Part shown: positions 1 through 12,114 of the stretch, in pieces
How positions within the stretch are numbered: position 1 is the first letter of the stretch
Layout of the letters: each line of letters opens with the position of its first letter
Assembly (NCBI GenBank): GCA_002633005.1
Contig: NMRA01000242.1
Span: forward strand, 218,741-282,740
Reading direction: 5' to 3'
DNA from: Phoronis australis
Lineage: Eukaryota; Animalia; Phoronida
Length of the DNA stretch: 64,000 bases
Translations under genes and position numbers: made by a program
The notes under the pieces: generated by a model
What the model was told of the DNA's origin: nothing
Database searches by the model: none
The model's input: only the letters and a program-made list of their open reading frames with translations

Positions 1-33
1 GGGGCCAGTTGAAGAATCAGGTGACATTAATAC

Positions 34-1641
34 CTGTAACGTCTTTGTAAGATGGAGTGTCCAAGTAAGGTGGCGGACCATACACTGTGCCCTCGTTAAC
101 AGGGCTGGTGCGGTGCACTGGAAATAAACAAAAGAACTAACTGAAGAATAAGTTTGACCCCGTGTGCGAACATTTGTAGTCACCTTGATATTCATGCTTA
201 ATACAGGTAGACTCCAGGAACGCAAGGACATACGCTAGGACCTACGCTAGGACCTACGCTAGGACCTAACTAAAATCTAGCCAAAATCACATGTTCTCAT
301 TTGAAATACACGACAATATCTCATGTAATCTCTCAAAGTCTTGCTTTTTAGCGAGGTCCTTGCGTTACGGTACTCTACCCAGTTATAGGAGCATGTGACA
401 TCATTTATTGATCTGACTTTTTACACAATTCCCTTGTCTATTGATAGAACAATGTAACTAGTAATATTGCAATGAAGCTAATTACTGTGACAATTGTCAA
501 TAATAAAACAAGTTTCAATGCATGTGCCAGAAAGCCATTAAAAACTACTAAACAGGTAAGTTTACACTAATAATTTCCAAGAAATATAGAAAATTGACAT
601 ATTTCATACATGCATGAGTCTAGAAAGAAATTCTGCACAATTTGATATCAAAGGAGTTTTCGTCCTACACTGAAAGGACGCTGATTTAAGAAAAATCAAT
701 TGTCACAAAACGGAAGCCAAAAAATAGATGGCCTAAGAAGTGATCAACTGTTTCAAAAAGATGACTTTAGTTATGAATGGTAGAAGTATACTTCATTCCC
801 AATTACGAATTAAAATGGAAAACAAAATCAACTCTCTAAAACTAGTCTTGAAGTTTCCCTTGCCATGACAGCAATAGAATTTCTTCCATTACAGGAACTA
901 AAGAGTCACTTGACATAGACTTGAAGCATTGAAATTTATGATGAATTCGCACACACCATCAAAACTGCATGCTTTTTGAAACTCATTGTACTCGCAGATG
1001 ACCTGGACGATATTAATAGAGATGGAAATCATATGCGTTTGTGTGGATAGCATTGAAATGTCATCATTTTGTTTCTTTATGTATCTTCCTTCAATAAAGT
1101 TGAGGTAAACAGGAAATGCCACATAATATAGAGAACAGCTTAACACCATTTTCAGTGTATCACACTGGTACATAAATTGTCTGCGCATTTCAGATTCATG
1201 CTCAGCTATATCAAGGTAATCCACTGAAAGGTACCTGCAACAGTCCTCTTAACATTTAAAATTCATTGTGGACTAAAATGTCTGTATGATTAGCAAAAGG
1301 GCCCGAGTTGGAGTCCCGGTTGGGGGCAGAGATATTTTCAGACTTATATTCATCAGGTCATGTGATATGGCCAACAGAGGGCATGCTGACCAGAATTAAA
1401 ATGTTTGCCAATTCAATAGCTGTTCTAAATAACACTTTAAATAGTGCTTACAGATGCTTAAAAGTGCCTCTAAACATTATTCTCCTTCAGCCCACTCACC
1501 GCTAAGTTCCATGTTGTTCTGGAATGACGTCATGTCACCTCTGGCTGCTGCTGCCACTTCTGCATCAGCGTCAAACAGATCAGTGCTGCCCCCTGTTTTA
1601 AGAGTGGGTGGTTCACTTGAAGGTCTAGGACTGGAGCTCAT
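34..1641 (-). CDS. Unidentified spliced gene, N-terminal coding exons 1641-1500 and 117-34; continues beyond the left edge; Ser/Pro-rich N-terminus with PPPY motif
   Basis: Both exons have GT/AG sites and matching phase 1, joining to MSSSPRPSSEPPTLKTGGSTDLFDADAEVAAAARGDMTSFQNNMELSVHRTSPVNEGTVYGPPPYLDTPSYKDVT. Candidate upstream UTR-exon donors near 1808, 5337 and 6205. No family recognised. Confidence 0.6.
204..380. mobile_element. Small MITE with ~25-bp imperfect TIRs and internal 12-bp tandem (ggacctacgcta)
   Basis: Left aggtagactccaggaacgcaaggac vs reverse complement of right end gggtagagtaccgtaacgcaaggac; TSD not resolved. Confidence 0.55.
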
Positions 1642-1995
1642 TGTGCGCTCTAGATAATAAGTAACAAGTTCACAAGAGATAAAAAGATAACCCAGAGAAT
1701 GAGTAACAAATTAATTGCAGTCCATTTGACATGGTCACCACAGACAGATCTCAGCATTGCATATCCTGTCATTTGACAAAATGACCTGGAATAAAATGAA
1801 ACGCTTACCGTATTGTCAGGGGCATGTGTTTCATTTGCAAAATACTGTACTTGCCTAGAAATTCAAACAGAAAAAACAAAAAACAGCAGGTTTGAGTCTA
1901 GCTTCAAGCAACGATCTTTTTGATACTCTTTCATGGNTGTAGCCTCCATACCTGGCATACTTTCCAAAAGCACGACGATTTATAAAGAACACATA

Positions 1996-3466
1996 CTGTT
2001 TTCGCCCTAATAAGCGCCCAGGGCGCTTAGAAAAGTTCGCTTCAGGAAGGGGGGTACTTATAGCCCAAAGTGGTTGAAACCCGGTCTCTGAAACAGGTGA
2101 AATCGTAAGCTACAATTCATTAAATTTACGCTCTGTGACGCATCTGTAACCTACGACAGACGTTCTACAAAATTGCAGTGCATTGATATCAAACTTTGTT
2201 GTTAAATTACAAGCATTTTTCAGAAAATCCCAGTACGAAAACTCGCCGACTGACTCATCAATGCCTCGCAATCGCCAATAGGTCAACTTGAATCCTTAAT
2301 GAGTAAAAATATAGTTTCGACTCAACAAATTACCTGAAGTCCTTAAGTTTTCAAAATAGCGTCCCTAAGATTTTTAAGTTCCTGTGGAGTCGGGATTAAC
2401 TGCATATTAAGTCCAAATCTGTTCTAGATCGTAGCCCGCAACACGAGAAAAATCTCTGGACGAACACACAGGTTGTTGTCACGTGACGTTTATTTTGAAG
2501 TTTGTCTGCGTATTGTGTGAGTGATCGAGTGCGTGTATGTCAGCAGAGTTCATTTGCCAGAGTAAACGCGACATAACGTAGATCTAGGTGTGCAACTAAA
2601 GAAATTAACACAAGCAGTAAAGCAGAACGTCTTTCATTTAGCACTTGCTGATCTCATCTGCTAAAAAACGTTCGAGAATTGTCTCGGTAAAGCCGATATT
2701 GAGTGTCTGGATGCGTGACAATCTAAGTTATTTTTCGGGAGATTCAGGGGGTATTAGGATACGGAAGTATTCACTATCAGTGGGTCATTTTGACTTTAAA
2801 AACACCAATTACGATTAATTTAATAATTCCTCCTAAAAATAACTCAAATGTTACGGTATTAAAAACTTTCGGAAATAAGTGCCAGTATTTATTCTTTGCC
2901 AATGCTATGTTACCTGTTTCATGAATAGATAATTCCTGAAGACTATCTTCGATGACAGGTACTTGCATGTAGCGCACGCTTTTTGGTCACGTGGTTTTAA
3001 CAAAGGTCAAGTTTTTATTAGTCTTCGATTCACTGTTTTCACGTATACAAAGAAATTTGGATTCCTGTTGAGGGAGAAGATCTGTGCAGGAAAGATACAA
3101 TACAATCCCTTTGACAAGTACGCTGCGTCTGTTCAAAAAAGCCAGACCATAATAGGACACGTCCCTCACAAGATCAATAAAACTTTTGCGTTCTTTTTGA
3201 AGCATGGTGGAAGTTTGAAGTGTATTTTCACGGCTAAATACCAACACAACGGCGAAGCTCATGGTCTACAAATTCCGCACACAATGACTTTTTCAGGACT
3301 GTCGGATCTTATTGTTAAATTGAAGACGTTACTGTTGGATTTTAGAACTGTAGGTAAGGCATTTTTCGCATGTACATGGTATTCATGGATTGGGTGCTTA
3401 TTTTAGCAGTCTGAAAACGCGTGGGGGTGCTTAAAGGGGCGTGGGTGATTATTAGGGCGAATACGG
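1996..3466. mobile_element. pogo/Tigger-like (Tc1/mariner superfamily) non-autonomous element with TA target duplication
   Basis: TA|ctgttttcgccctaataagcgccca at left; reverse complement of right end is TA|ccgtattcgccctaataatcaccca. Confidence 0.8.
2963..3406 (+). pseudogene. HIRAN-like domain ORF carried inside the pogo-like element, probably 5'-degenerate
   Basis: NPFDKYAASV...IIGHVPHKINKTFAFFLKHGGSLKC...GLQIPHTMTFSG resembles the NxxDxxAV...GHVP core of HIRAN-like domains; no clear ATG start. Confidence 0.6.
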
Positions 3467-4831
3467 TAACCTTAGATCAAGCAATCTTGCAAACAAAATT
3501 TGTTACAAGATGGAGTGTCATAGGCTGCTTCACTTCAAGAAGACCAAAAACCAACAAAGGCACTGTCACTTGAAACAGGCAGGGACTACTGACAAAGACT
3601 CACTCAATGTCTTTACGTTAACAACCTTAGTAACTTTACATATATCTGCTTGCAGTTTAAACTATAGTAATACTTCCAACTAAGTCCACTTGGACATCAG
3701 TGGATTCAATGAAGTGGTTACTCAGTCTTTGATACTGAACATAATTATGGAATTACTGCATAACATGGCATCTGGGAGATCAATGAACTTGCATAAATTC
3801 TGGAAAAATCAGTCATTAATTACAAGATCAATAAGTGTTAAAAATGTCTTCTTAGAAAGAATTATTACAAGAGAAACACGGAGAGTTGATAGGCACCTAC
3901 TCTTGTATCTGCACCTCTGTCTGCCATCTGGTGTTGGGTAAAAGAACTGAACTGTTATCAACTGGAACTACTCGATCTCAATTGATACAAAATACGTTGT
4001 TTTATGGCATTCTCATTTGACAATAATTTTAAAGCAAGAGTGCCACATAAAAAGTTTTAAGTTTATTACTGATTTTACCTTCTATTACATGCATAAAACT
4101 GTACAATCCCCTCACTCTAAAGCTTCAAGTTCAAGACCAGCCAGGGTAATGAACTTGCTAGCCAATACTCAGCTCTTAAACAGATAACCTCCAGCGACCA
4201 AAACGCCCATTTAACACCAGAAATACAAGTATTTTTGAATAAAATATTGTTTTTGTTTCTTACATACCACAGAAAGTAATTAATTGCGATGTAAATTACA
4301 CTGCCCATAATTCGTAGCCCCTTCGACAGCCCCTGAGATATTCTCAACCAATCAGCGTCAATACATACGACATTATTGTGTCAACAAAATTTCCCCAAAA
4401 CCTCATTGCACAACAGATGCTCTAGGCTAATATGCCGCATTGCATGGTGTATGGGTGCAACAACATAAGCAGCTATACATTTGCACAACTTCCTCCATCA
4501 TGTGCCGACCATGGAATAGATTCATATCCATAAAAAGGAAGGACTGGCAACAAAATTCTAAGAGCAGCAAGATCTGTTCCAGCCATGGTGCAAAGCTGTA
4601 TACTAAATATACAGCTAAGTGCTGATGTGGATAAAAAAATGACCAAATAAAATCTGACACAAAATTAGTGTCATTAAAAAGTACACTCTTCCTTGAGTCA
4701 ACTAAAAAATTCACCAGTGTTGGAAAAACTGGAGTTTTGCCATTATTCTGCTTCTAAAATTGTGGTGCACTCTTTTGCGTCAGCTTTCAGCGACATGAAA
4801 CACTGTGTCATCTATTGGCCAGTTTCTTCTT

Positions 4832-5330
4832 CAGGGCTTGGAATGACCAATGACAAAAAACGCGGAAACTTTTATGGCCCCAAAACATGCGCGCTACCTA
4901 GCCTTGAAATAGTCGATGTGAACCTTTCGCCGACAAAATTCGGGACTAAAAAAAAATCAAAATTAAGGTTACCACCATCAGTGGCATGCGTCTGCGTCTT
5001 TTTAGCTCGTCCGTCCACTCCCACCCCCACACATTTTTGGCTGCAGAGCCGTATTATTTGTCTCCGCGGTTTACAATCATGCGAGACGCCATTGAAAATC
5101 CCACCACGCTATCCCAGATGCCCCGGCAATGTTACGTTTCTCCGAAACATAAAGAGCAGCTTCCGCTTTTCGAGGTGAACGTCGTCGGCAACGGCGCGGT
5201 AAGAAAGGAATTTGCCGCGGAAATTTTATATCAAATCCGATTTTTTTTACGCGGAAATGTAATAAAATGCGCGGATAGAACATTTGAAAAAAGCGGAAAT
5301 CCGCGTTTCCACGGAAAATTCCAAGCCTTG
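4832..5330. mobile_element. hAT-like MITE family A, copy 1 (6-bp TSD cttctt)
   Basis: TIR cagggcttggaat...attccaagccttg; cttctt on both flanks; highly similar to 13436-13952. Confidence 0.85.
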
Positions 5331-6205
5331 CTTCTTACCCCGATTCTTCAATTAACTGCTATTTTCTCCCACGGGGTTGCATACATGTCATAACAAAGTA
5401 TCTGAACAGGTTTCATTTTGTATCAAGTTTTTAGTACTTATTTAAATACCAGCAAACCGAATTTCAAAACAACTTTTGCTGCTGTGAAGCTGTCATCAAT
5501 TCCTGCGAGATGTCACAAAATTTTAGAATATGACGTGTTTCACGAGCATACTGTTTTCAAAATGACGACAGACTTCTCTTTGTTATACAGCGCGGAGAAT
5601 TACTCAAGAAAATGACGTTTCAAGGGGTAACGTGAGTGTCGGTTGCATGTACGTCCGCTGCTCATTAACTCTTCATGTTGATATAAGTTTCAAATGAGTA
5701 TAACTACCATTGCTGTGAAATTTCGGGGCTAACAGAGCTCGACACAATGGTTTCCTAGCTGTATTTTGACGATAGTGCTTTTTGACGTTTTGTGTTACGA
5801 TGGAGACCAAATTCGTTGAGTCAATGATGTCCTATGCTTCCATTAGTACCAGTGCCATCTAAAGTTTTTTTGGCGCTAAATGAGGTTCGTGATGGGCTAC
5901 TGTACACTTCAATCTTGTATAGTAATAGGGCTACTTAATTAACAACTGGTGGATGCTATCATTGCTATGACACCGCATGTTGACATTTTTCATTAATAAA
6001 TGTATTTCAGATGTTTTGGCACCATAAACGTATGCCTTCAGGGTTGGTTTTCCGACTAAATTTCCAAGAAGTTTACTCAACCAGTCAATGACTGTCAATG
6101 TAATTTGACTGTCTGTGGTCACGATGAGAACTGAGGTCAATGTGAATCAAGTTTAGGAAGTCAGTAAAACAAAAAGCTGAAGGATATATATTCTTTAACA
6201 ATTAC

Positions 6206-6377
6206 CTGTTCGGGTAAATCGAAAGCGCAAGCAGCAGGGTATGGTAAACCATGAACAAATGAAAACAAAAAAGAAAACCTTGATATCCGAATGCGCATGA
6301 ATTCTGAAAACAAAGATAATGATAATGCGTTTGAACGGATGATTTCGTGTATTAGCGTCAGGTGTCGCGTATTAAAA
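6206..6377. promoter_or_regulatory. Putative bidirectional promoter/5'UTR region between the minus-strand gene and ASCC1
   Basis: Minus-strand donor cag|gtaat at 6205, ASCC1 ATG at 6378; NRF1-like tgcgcatg at ~6292. Inferred from layout only. Confidence 0.4.
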
Positions 6378-9300
6378 ATGGAAGTTTTGAGGCCAACGTT
6401 GGTAAATATTGGTGGTCGGTGCTACCGAAAAAATCCGACAAAAACACTAGAAGACGCCCCGTTTCGTGACGAGGATGGTATGCAGAAATATCAGTTATTG
6501 ATTTTTTATTTGATTATGAAGTCCGTGGTAAATGTGACTGTTTTTGTATGCTTGACATGACTCTTTGTTGAGCTACTAGACCTGCGAGTTAAGAATTTAA
6601 TATTTCATTCTTTTTCAGATTTTGAGTCCCCAGACTATTTAGAAGAAACATGTACTCTAGACGTCAATTTAGAACAGACAGAAAATGGATGCACCTACAG
6701 AATGCAGGTGCCCAGTGCCTTCTTCAGGTAAGTAGCAAGCAGGGTACATTTTGAATTGATAGCAATGTACACTTCAAACACTCCACCAGTGTTCGTCTGC
6801 TCTTCAAGCAACTTGTGTGCCATGTCTTGTCTTGTCTTGTAATTCCCTGCGATTGTTTGGCGCAGCACCGTCTTGTGACATTGTAATCTAGGGGTAGAAG
6901 TCCATAATGCCATAATTAAATGATCTGATCTCCAAGGAATGGTCATTATCACAGATGAGTGGAGCACGAGTACTGTCTGTTGGTGGACAATTATGATGCA
7001 CAGGATGGAGGATTTCGGAGCACAATAAATTAACGATCTGGGTCCGGGTCAGAAATTTGAATAAAGCAATTGACTCAAGTTTGCACGTTAATTCATTGTT
7101 ACTGAGTGCGGCAAAAGCTCGTGAAATTTCCAGTCTTCAATTTTGTGTCACTTGGATGCTTATCAGGCAGGATTTTCATCATGTAAGAAGCTTCAGAATT
7201 GTCTCCTGTGTAGGCATGAGAAGTTCAGTCGTTCTTTTTACTGTACACTCTAATTCACATTTTCTAATTACAAAATATTCTAAATCATTCGTTTCAAAAT
7301 CATGGTGTTATCCTCAAGTGATATGAAGCGACAAATGAAATTTTTGATGTCTAATATTGAGAATTGCTGTTGGTTTTAGGTTCATCATAGGAAAGAAAGG
7401 AGAAACCAAACGGAGAATTGAGAATGAGACTCAAACATCGATCAGAATACCTCGTCAGGGAGATGAGGGGGAAATAGGTTGGTAGCAGCTGTTTATAGAT
7501 CAGTTGATCAAACACTGGGATGGAACACAATAGAAGTATAATGTTCGTGTCATCAATTTATTTCTTTACTTGTTATTCCTTGGTCTTACTGTTACTTTTA
7601 GGTGATGTCCTTGTTTATCTCTGCCAGTCTTTGTGCAGTGTTGTATTATATTTATAACGTGGTATTGTATTACTCTCTTGGTCAAGCAATGTTAATATGT
7701 CAATCAAGTACAAAATGAGAGAAGGGGGAGCAATAGGTACTAACACTTTTAAACCTTTTATTTCAGATGTCGTCAGCTTTCAGAGTTATGTTATTTTTGT
7801 TAGATGATTTTAGGTAATTTAGAATTTTGGTTATTTTAAATAACTTTAAAGTGAAACCCATTGTAATTCTGTAACATATTTTGTGGATGACCTTTTCCAG
7901 TGATTAAAGGTGGCAACAGGAAGGGTGTGATCTCAGCCAAGACAAGGATTGAGGTGCTGGTACAATCAGGACGACGGAAGACTGCTTTCACTCACTTCCT
8001 GTCATTTCCTGTCAACATGGCTGATATGAAGGAAAAGTTTCAGGAATTTAAGGATGATGTCTTACGTACATGTGATGGGGTAAGTTCATATTGTAGGTGG
8101 TGTTGTGAAGCGCCCCCAACACCTGGAGTATTGTTGCAGATGTTGGTCACATGTCTCCTTGTGATTGGTTCGCAGTGTTAGAAAGTGGACTCCAATGGTG
8201 TTATAGCTTATAGCACGACACGAGAATAGCCTTCACAGACCTTGCTACACCAAGACTAACTTAGGCAAGGGGCTTTTGTCTCTTAGGACATTAAAGGAAT
8301 TCTGGTGATAGCAAGTATGAGCCAGCCAAATAGCAAGTCAAGACATAAAGACATGGAAATCTTTGTTAGAAAGCAGTGCATTTGTAAGGATTTCTACCAG
8401 GTTAGGTTTATTGTATTAGAAACACAAAGGGTTTGGTAATATGGTGTCTGCAGGTAATGGGGGTGAGTGGTGTGTAATGCAACTTTTTAGTCATCTCCAC
8501 TTTACTCAATCATTAGATGAATGTCTTGGGGAGAATGTGAGTGTGCTCATCATAGGTTGGTGACTATAGTATTGACAGTGCTGGTTGACTACATGAAAGT
8601 AACTTCCTTTATGTCAGACCATTTTAAATATATGCTGTCACAGAGCATGTATTATAACATATGGATATCCAATGTACTGTTTTAAAAAGTACAGTGTCTT
8701 TACTAAACTGCTATATGACAAAAATTTGAAAAAGGTACTCAATATTTAACCTACCTTTGTCTTTGAAAGGGTTGTTTTGCATGTCTTTGAATGCCCGTTG
8801 CGCATGATGTCTGTACCCTGGCTGGGGCCTGGGTTATATCTTTGAGTCCTCTATACACCCAGGCACCTTACACTTGTCACGGCAGACTGATGGCAAGTCA
8901 GCCACTCTTAGTTGTGGCCTTGGCTTTTGCACTGCACAATTTAAACTCAGATTTTTTTCTTAACCAGCTTGTCTATTAATCTGTCTTTAAAAAATCTGAT
9001 TTTGTCATTGTCTTGCAGGATAGGGGGATTGAGAACACAATCTTTCAGAATGCAGATAAACTACACATGACTATTGGTACACTGGCACTGATGGATGAAC
9101 ATGAAGTGAGACAGGCTACAGACCTTCTGCATGCTTGTCACACTACTATAGTGCAGTGAGTAACAATATACTGTCACATTGACTACTTAACAGTAACATG
9201 AAGCGAGACAGGCGAAATACTTTCTTTGACAAAAGTACTTGGTTACTCAAGGCGGTTCCAACATACCTACTGTCCCATAACTGTGTGCTATGTTACACTG

Positions 9301-12114
9301 GTTACCTACACTCATCATTCCAGACCCCTGTTGAAAGGTGAATCATTAGTGTGTAACATCAAGGGTTTGGAATACATGAATGATGACCCTGGTGACGTCG
9401 ATGTACTCTACGCTAAGGTGGCTCCCTCTACAGCCATGGACAGGTACAGAGTGGTTACATTTCATATGGCTTTTTAATATTTGGTGATGTTTCAAGAACA
9501 CAGTTCAGACCCCAAGTCTTAGAAGTGTAATTAAGATTAGAAAATTAATAAGAATTTATCATATGTCTGTTGTTGACTTTGTGACATTTCTTTTGGCTTT
9601 TCGGAGCATAAATCAATTCAAGTACAGCACGTTGTCTATTGTTAATGTTATTTTCCAGAGCTAACTGTGTTACTCCATTTTGGTGTTCATTTAAGACTTG
9701 TTTTGTAACAAAATGTCTTCTAGCAACAATGGCTATTATTTAAGTTCCTTGAGTCGACATTTTTCTGGTTCTTTAATAACCCTATAATTGACCACTTCCA
9801 CCACTAAACTACAGTTTCTGTTTTTTGTAGACTACAGAATCTGGCTGACCGAATTGCGGACAAGTTTGTCGCTTCTGGTCTGATGCAGCAGGACTATGAT
9901 CATGTCAAACTACACATTACTGTCATGAATACACTGATGCGCAAGGACCCAAGTGGAGCATTCATGCCCAGGGGAGACAAAGACATGAGTCGTGGGAGAA
10001 GAGAAAGGGAATCCTTCAATGCTGGACATTTGTTATCGGTAAGTTGACTACAGACTCTGATGTCAGGCCACTTGAAGTTGGTTAACCACACAAGGCCATT
10101 ATATATTCTTGGTAGATAAACCGCTGCATAAGTTGATAATGATCTGCAATTTTGTGAAAGTGTCCACCAAACAGTGCTAGATGATAACAATATCTTTTAA
10201 ATAGTTCAAAGCAACAACAAGTTATCTTTCAAGTAGTATAAAGCAATAATAATATCTTTCTACTGGTGGAAAGCAATATACATGCTATGAACAGTCCCAC
10301 TAAATAAGATTGGTCCTAACCCCGGTCGTCAAGGTAAACGGTGGGGTATGGAAAATTGAACTAGACCGTATTTATCCACCTTGGCTGAGTCGCGCTCGGC
10401 TCACTATCAAAGGGATGCCGCCAAGCTGCTCTATTCATCGAGTCACGAGCGAGGATAATTGGCTTCGCTCATGCGGATATGATCAGCTGATTACAATCTA
10501 CCTAGCAGACTGTACTTTTTATGGAGAGAGTTACAAGTAGTTTTTACTGTAATATTTGAAAAGAGGAGCGAAAACAAATATGAGTACAACTTTGAATTTT
10601 TCAAATCGGCCCAGGATAAGAGATTTTGCAACACAGCAACACTCANGTGAAACAGGCTACAGACCTGCATGCTTGTCACACTACTATAATGCAGTGAGTA
10701 ACAATATACTGTCACATTGACTACTTAGCAGTAACATGAAGCGAGACAGGCGAAATACTTTCTTTGACAAAAGTACATGGTTACTCAAGTTCCAAAAGTT
10801 CCAACATACCTACTGTCCCATAACTGTGTGCTATGTTACACTGGTTACCTACGCTCGTCATTCCAGACCCCTGCTGAAAGGTGAATCATTAGTGTGTAAC
10901 ATCAAAGGTTTGGAATACATGAATGATGACCCTAATGACGTTGATGTACTCTACGCTAAGGTGGCTCCCTCTACAGCCATGGACAGGTACAGAGTGGTTA
11001 CATTTCATATGGCTTTTTAATATTTGGTTATGTTTCAAGGACACAGTTCAGACCCCAAGGCTTAGAAGTGTAATTAAGATTAGAAAATTATAAGAATTTA
11101 TCATATGTCTGTTGTTGACTTTGTGACATTTCTTTTAGCTTTTCGGATCATAAATCAATTCAAGTACAGCACATTGTCTATTGTTAATGTTATTTTCCAG
11201 AGCTAACTGTGTTACTCCATTTTGGTGTTCATTTAAGACTTGTTTTGCAACAAAATGTCTTCTAGCAACAATGGCTATTATTTAAGTTCCTTGAGTCGAC
11301 AGTTTTCTGGTTCTTTAATAACCCTCTAATAATTGACCACTTCCACCACTAAACTACAGTTTCTGTTTTGTGTAGACTACAGAATCTGGCTGACCGAATT
11401 GCGGACAAATTTGTCGCTTCTGGTCTGATGCAGCAGGACTATGATCATGTCAAACTACACATTACTGTCATGAATACACTGATGCGCAAGGACCCAAGTG
11501 GAGCGTTCATGCCCAGGGGAGACAAAGACATGAGTCGTGGGAGAAGAGAAAGGGAATCCTTCAGTGCTGGACATTTGTTATCGGTAAGTTGACTACAGAC
11601 TCTCTGATGTCAGGCCACTTGAAGATGGTTAATCACACAAGGCCATTATATATTCTTCATAGATAAACTGCTGCATAAGTTGATAATGATCTCCTGCAAT
11701 TTTGTGAAAGCGTCCAGCAAACAGTGCTAGATGATAACAATATCTTTTAAATAGTTCAAAGCAACAAGTTATCTTTCAAATAGTATAAAGCAATATCTTT
11801 CTACTGGTGGAAAGCAATATAACAATATCTTTCGAATAATGCAAAGTAATAAGTTAACTTATTGTTTCTTCTGCTTGCAAGTCGCCATGCGCTTGGACTC
11901 TTTATAGCTTCAATTTAACTGGAAACTCTGCAGTCCAATTAATTTCAGCAATAGTTGGCACGAACTTGAAGTCACTGTATTCATCTGTGTGTTTCAGCTG
12001 TACAGAGACCATGAGTTTGGGAGCTACCGTATCAGCAGTATTCAGCTTTCCCAGAAAGACAAAGTGGCACCGGGTGGTTATTATGCCTGTGCTGGACAAA
12101 TAACGTTACCATAG
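6378..12114 (+). CDS. ASCC1: Activating signal cointegrator 1 complex subunit 1 (KH + 2H phosphoesterase domains). Exons ~6378-6477, 6619-6727, 7380-7477, 7901-8079, 9019-9155, 9324-9443, 9831-10017 (last two repeated at ~10867-10986 and ~11376-11583 region), 11998-12114
   Basis: N-terminus MEVLRPTLVNIGGRCYRKNP typical of ASCC1; KH loop FIIGKKGETKRRIE; FTHFLSFP; two HxT motifs (KLHMTIG, KLHITVMNT); GLEYMNDDP..VDVLYAKV; GT-AG introns with consistent phases; TAG at 12112-12114. Confidence 0.95.
10281..10645. mobile_element. Insertion after a TA, truncated by an assembly N, absent from the duplicate copy of this intron
   Basis: Copy 1 reads gaaagcaata-ta-catgctatg..., copy 2 (~11811) reads gaaagcaata-ta-acaatatc with no insert. 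Confidence 0.55.
10647..11820 (+). repeat. Near-identical duplicate of ~9106-10280 (ASCC1 exon 5 end, exons 6-7 and introns); likely alternative haplotype
   Basis: Begins mid-exon directly after the single N at 10646; differs by scattered SNPs and small indels. Confidence 0.9.

Noticed and set aside
898-1224. 108-aa minus-strand ORF
   Set aside because: Non-ATG start, intronic, no recognisable motif or phase-compatible splice sites.
4693-5393. 161-aa and 135-aa ORFs, and similar ORFs at 13682-14113
   Set aside because: Chance frames across MITE family A; frames are not conserved between copies and show no domain motifs.
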